The notes under the pieces: model-generated
Databases searched by the model: none
What the model was told of the DNA's origin: nothing
What the model saw: only the letters and a program-made list of their open reading frames with translations
Shown here: piece by piece, positions 1 through 7,319 of the stretch
Numbering within the stretch: position 1 is the stretch's first letter
Layout: the number at the start of each line of letters is the position of its first letter
Made by a program: the position numbers and the translations under genes
Assembly: GCA_040384865.1 (NCBI GenBank)
Contig: JAZKIM010000008.1
Coordinates: 3,301 to 47,319, forward strand
Source: Patescibacteria group bacterium
Lineage (GTDB): Bacteria > Patescibacteriota > Minisyncoccia > Phycocordibacterales > CAIZLB01
DNA: 44,019 bases
Direction: 5' to 3'

Positions 1-70
1 TTTTAATTAGCATTTATAATACAGTCCACAGTATATGCTTCTTAATATTAAGAATGCATGAAATTATTTA

Positions 71-108
71 AAACAAAAAGCGAGCCCTTGCGGACTCGCT
101 TTTTGTTT
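71..108. terminator. Intrinsic terminator hairpin downstream of the RRM gene
   Basis: aaacaaaaagcgag...ctcgctttttgttt inverted repeat with A/T tails. Confidence 0.75.
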
Positions 109-117
109 AACGGGAGA

Positions 118-417
118 TTAATACTCTCGTCGTGGACCTCTGTTGTCGAAATCTCGTCGTGGTGGTCGATCTGCCATTGGTCGTGCCTCATTTACTGTGA
201 GCACTCGGCCATCAAGATCCTTACCGTTCCACATAGAGATTGCGGCTTCAGCATCAGCGTCTTCCATTTCAACGAAACCAAAGCCTCGTGAACGGCCAGT
301 CATTTTTTCAGTCATGACTGTCGCAGATACTACAGAGCCAGCTTTTGAGAAGGCATCTTTGAGAGAATCTGAAGTAGTTCCCCAAGAAAGATTACCAACG
401 TAAAGTTTTTTTGCCAT
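118..417 (-). CDS. RNA-binding protein (RRM/RNP-1 family)
   Basis: RNP2 KLYVGNL, RNP1 RGFGFVEM, VNEARP C-terminal motif. Confidence 0.95.
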   Translation of the reverse strand: MAKKLYVGNLSWGTTSDSLKDAFSKAGSVVSATVMTEKMTGRSRGFGFVEMEDADAEAAISMWNGKDLDGRVLTVNEARPMADRPPRRDFDNRGPRREY

Positions 418-589
418 GTATTCTATGTTACTTGTTTTGCGTCCCTAGACGACCTCTCCTTGCCACGTAACGAGTACAGGCTACTAAGATATCTACGAAC
501 GGACACAGTATACAGTACTTAGGGAAAAAGGCAAGGCATGGAAAGTAGATTTAAAATAACTTTTTAGCCTATTCCGAGGATATAAAAAT

Positions 590-1591
590 CTAACCTCTAC
601 TTATCATTTCCCTGATCTTCCTTCCCAGCTCTTTCATATTGCCGTGACTAAGTAATCCTAGATAAGACTGTACCGTGTCTTCCACGCCTTTCTTAGCCGC
701 GATCTTCTTTAGCATCCGTTTCCTGGTAACGGTCCTTAAAACACGATGGTCCGAAAAGTGAACCCAGCCCAGAAAGTCATTACCGGATGCCACGGTCCTG
801 ATTGATATCTTCTTCGGGTGCAGTCGTAGCCTTAAGTTATTCCACAAAAACTCACTCATTATTTTAATGGCATCAATAAGCCATCCTCTGTCTTCCGAGA
901 CAATAACAAAATCATCGGCATAACGAACGTAGTATTTTGCCTTGAGCCTATGCTTCACAAACTGGTCAAACTTGTTCATGTAGACATTCACCAAAAGCTG
1001 AGAAGTGAGATTACCCAAAGGTAAGCCTATACCCTTATCGGTTGTATAGAAACTGCCGACAATTTCTGAAATGAGCCAAATGATATCCTTATCAGGGATA
1101 TAATCCTCAACAATTTTAATTAATATTTTCTGGTTAATGGAAGCAAAGAATTTTCTTATATCGCATTTCAAAACCCATACCGTTCTCGTATGATTTTTTG
1201 ATGCCATATACATATAAGACTGAAACTGCTCGATGGCTTTTTGTGTTCCCTTTCCAAATCTGCAAGAATAGGACTGTGCTATAAAGGTTCGGTCAAAGAA
1301 AGGGGAAAGAATTCTGTATATTGCGTGATGCAGAAGTCTGTCTCGAACACTCGCTTTATGAATGTTACGAGGCTTCGGATCGGAGATATTGAAGGCCTCA
1401 TATGGAGAGTGCCTATATGTCTTTGTGGCCAATTCCCTGTGGAGCGAAATTATATTAGCCATCAGGTTTCTCTCAAACTCCTGCACATCCTTTCTAGCCT
1501 TTTTGCCTTTGATAAACTCCTTCCACGCTTCGAGCAGATTTTCGATTGAAATGATATGCTGATACGAATGATTGAGTCGAATGAGAGTCAT
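590..1591 (-). CDS. DGR reverse transcriptase
   Basis: GLPLGNLTSQ DGR signature, YVRYADDF catalytic motif, KCDIRKFF, RDRLLHHA. Confidence 0.96.
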   Translation of the reverse strand: MTLIRLNHSYQHIISIENLLEAWKEFIKGKKARKDVQEFERNLMANIISLHRELATKTYRHSPYEAFNISDPKPRNIHKASVRDRLLHHAIYRILSPFFDRTFIAQSYSCRFGKGTQKAIEQFQSYMYMASKNHTRTVWVLKCDIRKFFASINQKILIKIVEDYIPDKDIIWLISEIVGSFYTTDKGIGLPLGNLTSQLLVNVYMNKFDQFVKHRLKAKYYVRYADDFVIVSEDRGWLIDAIKIMSEFLWNNLRLRLHPKKISIRTVASGNDFLGWVHFSDHRVLRTVTRKRMLKKIAAKKGVEDTVQSYLGLLSHGNMKELGRKIREMISRG

Positions 1592-1985
1592 CCCACGAAG
1601 TCTACCCCCCCCGAGACTTTTACCACTACTTCAGCGTCTAAAGACGGTCTATGTCTTATGGTACGGCTATTATCAAACCATACCGAAACTGCACAGATAT
1701 TCATTAGGGCAGAAAATTGATACTTTATTCATAGAAATTATGGAGGCAATATCTAGTGCTAGCTTCTTACAGAGAGAAGATAAACTACCTTGGATTAGAC
1801 TAGCATCCAGAAAGACAGATACCTTAAAAGTATTGCTTATGGTCCTGTGGGAGACAAAATCCTTACAAGATAAAAAATATGTTGCCCTATCGGTCCAGCT
1901 GGATGAAATTGGAAAGATGCTTGGTGGTTGGAACGGCCAAGTATTAAAACAAAACTCTCCAGTCACGAAGACGGGAGAGAAATGA
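1581..1985 (+). CDS. avd: DGR accessory variability determinant (bAvd-like four-helix bundle)
   Basis: PKLHRYSLGQKI and EIGKMLGGW motifs typical of Avd; lies between RT and TR; ATG at 1581 (track uses TTG at 1572). Confidence 0.88.
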   Translation: MRVIPRSLPPPRLLPLLQRLKTVYVLWYGYYQTIPKLHRYSLGQKIDTLFIEIMEAISSASFLQREDKLPWIRLASRKTDTLKVLLMVLWETKSLQDKKYVALSVQLDEIGKMLGGWNGQVLKQNSPVTKTGEK

Positions 1986-1994
1986 AGAGAGTTG

Positions 1995-2117
1995 CGAAAC
2001 GGCCAGCCGGGTTGTTGTCATTCCAGTCGTTGTCAAGCCAATTCCAGTTGATCACGACCTTGTCACCGTCATCGTAGAGGTACGGGACGTTGAGGTTGCC
2101 ATTGCGGTTACGCACGA
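1995..2117 (-). repeat. DGR template repeat (TR)
   Basis: 123-nt ungapped match to 2501-2623; 31 adenines on the sense strand, including 10 AAC/AAT codons. Confidence 0.97.
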
Positions 2118-2424
2118 AATGTATGGAAAGTCGTCTGTTCCACCACCCCTCGAATACTCTTGGGGTTGTATCGTATTCGGCATCTGTAATGCCTTAACTC
2201 TCCATACCAAGTATCTTCATTTTTTGAAGTGTCTACATCCGTCACTCTATCCGAAACCGTGGTCGCAGATATTCTCGACAGATGGATACTGGGGTCGGTA
2301 GCAGGAAACCGCAGTCTCCCGCATATTCACCTACTGCCATCATGTATGTTATCAGATTTTTTGTAATGAAATAGCTCCACACGGTTGTGCAGAGCTGGAG
2401 TTTGAGACGCTATTCTCCCGAGCG

Positions 2425-2445
2425 TTTGGCGATAAAATCGCCGAA
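2425..2445. promoter_or_regulatory. Hairpin/cruciform downstream of VR (candidate DGR homing element)
   Basis: tttGGCGAT-aaa-ATCGCCgaa, about 48 nt beyond the target stop codon. Confidence 0.55.
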
Positions 2446-2492
2446 GGGCCAAGTCCAAGGGTCTAAGGCATCCCAAGGTTCAAGGCCTGAAG

Positions 2493-3113
2493 CTAACTTT
2501 CGAAACGGCCAGCCGGGTTGCTGTCATCCCAGTCGCTGCCAAGCCAATCCCAGAAGATCACGACCCCGCCACCGTCATCGCAGAGGTACGGGACGCGGAG
2601 GCTGCCACCGCGGCGACGCACGACTGAACCCCAGAGGAAGAGAGCCTTCCCTTTGAAGAACTTCCGAAAGGCTTCGATGCCATTTTTCCGGATTTCTTCA
2701 CCGTCGCGGAGCGTCAAGCAGGTCTTGAGCATGTCTTCCTTCTGGAGATGGGCGTAGAGGTCGTTGCCGACGATGCGTCCCGTCTTCTGTTTGTCGTGGA
2801 GCCATTGATCGACGTTGGCGAGATCGTACTCCGCAGGCCCGTTCGCTTCGAGGTCGGGATGCAGAACGTCTTTGACCCAGTCGGGATAGACAGGCTTCAC
2901 CGTGCGGTCCACCTTGATGAGGGTGTTGAGCGGCGGTTCGACAGGTTTGGGTTTCTCGGTCAGCGTGGCTTCACCACGGGCGAGTTGCATGACGATGGCG
3001 AAGTTCTGACCCGTACTGAGCCATTCGATATCGGTGGCGTTTCCGCCGTTACGGTTTACGGCCTTTTCGAGCTTGTGGCCCGGGCCTTGTCCAAGAATGA
3101 ACGTGTCACTCAT
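2493..3113 (-). CDS. DGR target (variable) protein, about 206 aa, probable C-terminal CLec-like display fold
   Basis: VR encodes the C-terminal VRRRGGSLRVPYLCDDGGGVVIFWDWLGSDWDDSNPAGRF; ATG at 3113 with AAAGGA upstream; fold inferred from DGR precedent. Confidence 0.9.
   Translation of the reverse strand: MSDTFILGQGPGHKLEKAVNRNGGNATDIEWLSTGQNFAIVMQLARGEATLTEKPKPVEPPLNTLIKVDRTVKPVYPDWVKDVLHPDLEANGPAEYDLANVDQWLHDKQKTGRIVGNDLYAHLQKEDMLKTCLTLRDGEEIRKNGIEAFRKFFKGKALFLWGSVVRRRGGSLRVPYLCDDGGGVVIFWDWLGSDWDDSNPAGRFES
2501..2623 (-). repeat. DGR variable repeat (VR) at the 3' end of the target gene
   Basis: 18 mismatches to TR, all opposite TR adenines (14 A>G, 2 A>T, 2 A>C). Confidence 0.97.
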
Positions 3114-3271
3114 ATTACTGACGTGTCCTTTCGGTTGTTGTGAGCGTGCCGTAAAGGCTTGCTCGGATTGTTGTTGATGCGTGGTTTTCGCCACAGCAGA
3201 GAATGGCCTTCCATAAGGCCGCTTTCTTCTGTAGCGAAACAAGCAAGTTAGCGTTTTAAAGAACTGGGTGT

Positions 3272-3300
3272 ATTATACTACTTATATAGGGTAATGTCAA
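3272..3300 (-). promoter_or_regulatory. Consensus sigma70 promoter for the DGR target gene
   Basis: TTGACA (3300-3295), 17-nt spacer, TATAAT (3277-3272). Confidence 0.85.
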
Positions 3301-3335
3301 ACTCACTTCTGCCCTTTATATTGGGCTTATTCTAG

Positions 3336-3405
3336 TACTCCCGAAAGGATTTGCACCCTCACCTCTCCCATTGAACAGGGAGGCTCTTCATCAAGCTACA
3401 GGGGC
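3336..3405 (-). pseudogene. Degenerate tRNA-like element (possibly Glu-derived; abnormal anticodon loop)
   Basis: Cloverleaf: GCCCCTG/CGGGAGT acceptor (mismatched), GCTT/GAGC D stem, CTCCC/GGGAG stem with 8-nt loop TGTTCAAT, GG-TGCAAAT-CC T-loop, no CCA. Confidence 0.55.
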
Positions 3406-3526
3406 ATATAACAAAAACTACGAGGTTAGCGCCGCCCGGAAGATCATCGACCGTGTAGTCTTTGTTCTCTGACACGTAAAATGGGATGTCTAGAACAAGA
3501 ACCGTTGCCTTATAAAAATTAAAATT

Positions 3527-4435
3527 TTAAAGTAGCAATGCGCCGCTTTCCTTCAAAAAATCTTTTACGTCCAACGCTTGAACAAGCTTTGTCTTTCCCA
3601 GAGACACTTTATTATTAGACTTTTTAATAATTGATTTTATTTCGCCAGACATAATTCCAAACGTTGAACCAATTATTTTTTTCTCTTCAAGTCCAACAAT
3701 ATTCAATCTCCTCATATTTACATCATCATATCCAAAACCTAAAAAGATAATTACTTCAGCTTCTTTCAGGGTAGAGTGTGCTCTTTTTACTACCGCGTCA
3801 AAAATAATGTCCTTCTCACTAAGAATATTAATTCCCCTTGTTTCTTCAACTGATGGCCTGCACAGTGTGTTTTTTCCATAAGGAATTTCCCTTATAATTC
3901 CTTCCGTGGGAATATTACCGATACGGCCATACATATGTAATATAGGTATCTTTTCAAGCTGCTTATATATTTCTTGCTCTGATTTATTGTAAGAATTTTT
4001 TAATGCATTAAAAAAGAATGCCTCTATTGATACATCGAAGTTAAATGTAATAATAGATAATTTATTTTTACCAAAGTCTTCAAAAGAATCCTTCATAATA
4101 TTGAATAAATATACATACCAAGATTCTTCTTTAAAGAGTGCTTCAAGATTTTCATGTTCTTTAATCACGTCTGTGATTACAAGTTTTCCAATTTCCAAAA
4201 ATTCTTTTCTCTCTGTAAGAAATTCTTCTATATATTTAGAACCCGAAAGATTAAATGATGAAAAGAAATTATCTATAACAAATTCAGAGAAACCGTGAAC
4301 TTCAGTGAGGGTGCTTCTCATGTTTTTGTCTTGAAGTTTGCCCAGAATTTCTTTTTTAAATTCATTCTGAAGAGGATATCCATAAGGTTTACTGGCCCCT
4401 GCCCCAAGAACAAGAACTGTCTTTTTTGAAATCAT
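3527..4435 (-). CDS. SIR2-like domain protein (putative NAD+-consuming defence effector)
   Basis: VLVLGAGAS, IITFNFD, ILHMYG and IIFLGFGYDD motifs; AT-rich. Confidence 0.8.
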   Translation of the reverse strand: MISKKTVLVLGAGASKPYGYPLQNEFKKEILGKLQDKNMRSTLTEVHGFSEFVIDNFFSSFNLSGSKYIEEFLTERKEFLEIGKLVITDVIKEHENLEALFKEESWYVYLFNIMKDSFEDFGKNKLSIITFNFDVSIEAFFFNALKNSYNKSEQEIYKQLEKIPILHMYGRIGNIPTEGIIREIPYGKNTLCRPSVEETRGINILSEKDIIFDAVVKRAHSTLKEAEVIIFLGFGYDDVNMRRLNIVGLEEKKIIGSTFGIMSGEIKSIIKKSNNKVSLGKTKLVQALDVKDFLKESGALLL

Positions 4436-4552
4436 AACAAGATTATACCAGACCAAATTTAACCTAAATTTAGGATATCCACAAAATAATACTCTATATT
4501 ATAATTAGCATGGGTCGAATATTATTAATAGTTGTAAGCCTATAAAATAACC

Positions 4553-4606
4553 ATGAAAAAAGTCTCTACTAAGGCAACTCAGGCCTTATATCCTTGGAAC
4601 GATTAA
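4553..4606 (+). CDS. 17-aa peptide MKKVSTKATQALYPWND, putative ComX-like precursor
   Basis: ATG 4553 to TAA 4606; TATAAT at 4500-4505; Trp third from the C-terminus; directly upstream of a prenyltransferase-like gene. Confidence 0.6.
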   Translation: MKKVSTKATQALYPWND

Positions 4607-4622
4607 TCTTAATTAATACCAG

Positions 4623-4654
4623 AAACAAAATGACGTAAAAACGTCATTTTGTTT
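4623..4654 (+). terminator. Perfect 14-bp hairpin between the peptide ORF and the prenyltransferase gene
   Basis: aaacaaaatgacgt-aaaa-acgtcattttgttt. Confidence 0.7.
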
Positions 4655-4664
4655 AAATTTAAAA

Positions 4665-5519
4665 ATGAGCCATAAAAACATATTGAATATATTTAGACAA
4701 ATTCAAAATAAAATATATGCTGAAAAGATTTTTGAGAATATACTTGAACAAAATATTGAAAGTAGCGCCTTAAAATCCATCACTCTACTTTCCCACCACT
4801 GGAACTCCCATAACTCCAAAACCGCTAACTCGAACCTTGAAACTTCTCTCGGTGTCATCACACTCCTCGGCTGGGTTGGTTACACCATCCTCGATCACGC
4901 TATCGATGGTCAACATGACATATTAAAATCCATTCCCCTTGCTGAACGGTGCATGCGCGAACTGCACTGGCGACTCAGCCTTCTCTGTAAGACACCTACC
5001 GAACGCACCGTTGTAATAGAACTCCTCACCCTCATTGAAACAGCTCACTACGCCGAATGCCACGGCAGAGTGCCCACACCATGGCACAAGTCTGCCGGCC
5101 ACATGATAGGTCCGCTTATTCTCATCGTACGCCAAGACCATAGCCCGAAAAGCGCTATATTCAAAGCATCCAAAAGTTATTTTATTGAATTCCTCACCAT
5201 AAAGCAGCTCTCGGACGATTTGCGCGACTGGGAGGAAGACTGGAAAGCCGATCGACATACGATAGTGACCGAACATTTACGCAAAATCATATCTTCCCTT
5301 GAGAATAGGAATAAAAATAAAGTTTCATTTAACATGATTCGAAAAATCTATACATTGGGCACCCTTAAACACTTCTGCTTCATCTTAATTCGCCGTGGTA
5401 ACATCGCGCTCCGCGCACTAAAACATACTGGTAACCATCGCAACATAACACACTTTGAAAAGTGTATCACCCGTCTTCAAGACGGTGCCCGCAACGCTTT
5501 AACATATATCAAAAAGTAA
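4665..5519 (+). CDS. Class I isoprenoid synthase-fold protein (polyprenyl synthetase/ComQ-like prenyltransferase)
   Basis: Degenerate first Asp-rich motif YTILDHAID, HKSAG helix, second motif QLSDDLRDWEED. Confidence 0.7.
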   Translation: MSHKNILNIFRQIQNKIYAEKIFENILEQNIESSALKSITLLSHHWNSHNSKTANSNLETSLGVITLLGWVGYTILDHAIDGQHDILKSIPLAERCMRELHWRLSLLCKTPTERTVVIELLTLIETAHYAECHGRVPTPWHKSAGHMIGPLILIVRQDHSPKSAIFKASKSYFIEFLTIKQLSDDLRDWEEDWKADRHTIVTEHLRKIISSLENRNKNKVSFNMIRKIYTLGTLKHFCFILIRRGNIALRALKHTGNHRNITHFEKCITRLQDGARNALTYIKK

Positions 5520-5621
5520 TTTAATTGACCTCTGTGTGACCTTTGTGGCAATATAAACCCCGTTCAATGTTGAACGCCTGCTCTTTCCGTAACATCAACA
5601 CCAACCCAAAAGACCTAAAAC

Positions 5622-6077
5622 ATGAAACCTGCCAGCAGAGTCTACGAAGTCGTTAGCGTATCCGTCATCCCGCGAGGCGGGGACAATTCAGGGATCGGCG
5701 CAAGTAAAATGCTCCATCTCGATTATTTCCGAGAAGTGCCCGAAGGGCGCATCCAGGAAAGATTCAATCACCCCAACCTTCGGCTATGTGCCTATCCTGC
5801 GGAAAATGTGCGATATTTCCTACTGCTTCCCGAGGGAGATCCTCAACCAGGGAGCGGCGTCCCCTGCCCATTCGAACTTTTTCGTGTCATGAAGGATCAC
5901 CGCACACAAATCGCCAGCGGCCACATCGACTGTGAAAAACTAGGGCGTACAGCGAGTATCGGCCCAGTCTTCAAAGTCATAACCGGCGCCATCTGCCCCC
6001 ACTACACCTTCCAGGTGAAGCAAAGCCACATGGATGAGTTCGCCGAACAGTCTGCCGCCATCATTATTACGTCCTGA
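5622..6077 (+). CDS. Hypothetical protein
   Basis: 151-aa ORF, A/C-rich leader, followed by GC hairpins at 6102-6197. Confidence 0.6.
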   Translation: MKPASRVYEVVSVSVIPRGGDNSGIGASKMLHLDYFREVPEGRIQERFNHPNLRLCAYPAENVRYFLLLPEGDPQPGSGVPCPFELFRVMKDHRTQIASGHIDCEKLGRTASIGPVFKVITGAICPHYTFQVKQSHMDEFAEQSAAIIITS

Positions 6078-6207
6078 TCTGGGAAGGAAAGATGGTCAAC
6101 TGCGCCGCCTGAGAATCCTCGGGCGGCGCGTTTCGTTAGTAAAAATACCGGATACAAAACGAAAACCGCCTCCCGAGATAACACTCGAGTCAGGCGGCAT
6201 TCAATGT

Positions 6208-6702
6208 TTACGCTTCTTTTTTTGAAAGCGTTGCGAGTATGCACTTAAGCAGTCGGTAATCCTCTTCGACGTAGCCTTTGCCTGGTACATACACGCGGGT
6301 TAAAGCTCCGCGAACACGCATCAATTCAAGAGGAGACCACGACTTACTGGCGTGAACAACGATTGAGCGTCGCGAGGTAATCGAATAGTGCTGATGATTG
6401 CAAGCGCCGATGATGAGCACCGCATACTTACCGTCATACCTGTCGATCCAGTTCTGCACCCGCTTCGTTTGCTTGTTTCGACTATCAAAGTACAAATATT
6501 CCGGGGCACGCTTCTTACCATGGGCCTTCAAGAATCTGATACCCTCTAAACTGAAATGTGCGGAATGTACCCGGATCAGTTCACAGATTAACCGACGGTA
6601 TAGAAAATAGTGAACCGCCCACTTCAGCTGCCGTCGACTAATAGGCTCGTCAGTTACATCTTCAAGCTCTAACTTTTTGAAAAATCTTGGTTTTCTTCTC
6701 AA
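6208..6702 (-). CDS. Hypothetical basic protein
   Basis: 164-aa ORF, non-ATG start, no recognised motif. Confidence 0.45.
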   Translation of the reverse strand: MRRKPRFFKKLELEDVTDEPISRRQLKWAVHYFLYRRLICELIRVHSAHFSLEGIRFLKAHGKKRAPEYLYFDSRNKQTKRVQNWIDRYDGKYAVLIIGACNHQHYSITSRRSIVVHASKSWSPLELMRVRGALTRVYVPGKGYVEEDYRLLKCILATLSKKEA

Positions 6703-6835
6703 TTTACAACGCCTCCTTTCGAGGTTGATCCAGTGCTTCGTGCGTCTAGATTCCAGCAGAAACGATACAGCAAAGAGAACATGGGGTCAATTTCTTTGAT
6801 TTTTTATCTACCCCTCTTTTTGATACAATAGATCC

Positions 6836-7285
6836 ATGAAATCAATCACCACCTTCTTGGGCAAGAATGCCCTTTATCTTGCCCTTGTTCAGACCATAAT
6901 AGCAACATTAGGTAGTTTATATTTTAGCGAAATCGCCAAATACCCCCCTTGCTTCCTTTGCTGGTGGCAACGCATTGCCATGTACCCTATTATCATCATC
7001 CTAACTGTCGGAATTCTTCGACGAGATAGAGAGGTATACCAATATGTATTACCTCTTACTATAATCGGCTGGGCCTTCAGTCTTTATCATAATCTTCTCT
7101 ATTATCATATACTTCCTTGGTGGAACGAGCCGTGTGCCGCTGGTGTTTCTTGTACTACAAAATACATTTCATGGTTTGGGTTCCTCACCATCCCACTATT
7201 GGCTTTCATTGGCTTTAATGTCATCATAGGCCTCATGTTCCTGTACCGCCGCCACGTCCGACAAGAACAACAAATTCAAGCTTAA
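6836..7285 (+). CDS. dsbB: Disulfide bond formation protein B (DsbB/BdbC family)
   Basis: GSLYFSE, PCFLCWWQR, second Cys pair C-AAGVS-C, 4 TM segments. Confidence 0.92.
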   Translation: MKSITTFLGKNALYLALVQTIIATLGSLYFSEIAKYPPCFLCWWQRIAMYPIIIILTVGILRRDREVYQYVLPLTIIGWAFSLYHNLLYYHILPWWNEPCAAGVSCTTKYISWFGFLTIPLLAFIGFNVIIGLMFLYRRHVRQEQQIQA

Positions 7286-7319
7286 GTCTTCTTTATCAAT
7301 CCTTTATTTAAATTTCACC

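Larger units (their letters stand above)
590..3300 (-). mobile_element. Diversity-generating retroelement (target-VR, TR, avd, RT)
   Basis: DGR-type RT, bAvd homolog, and a TR/VR pair differing only at TR adenines. Confidence 0.97.

Noticed and set aside
590-1591. RT as a group II intron, retron or Abi RT
   Set aside because: The LGNLTSQ signature, short length, adjacent avd and TR/VR pair identify it as a DGR RT.
3114-3242. 43-aa N-terminal extension of the DGR target in the ORF track
   Set aside because: TTG start without support; ATG 3113 has an SD-like AAAGGA, and the region contains a leader hairpin (ggcctt/aaggcc).
5622-6702. Orphan genes as additional DGR targets
   Set aside because: I saw no TR-homologous segment at their 3' ends or elsewhere in the window by eye; a BLAST with the TR would confirm.
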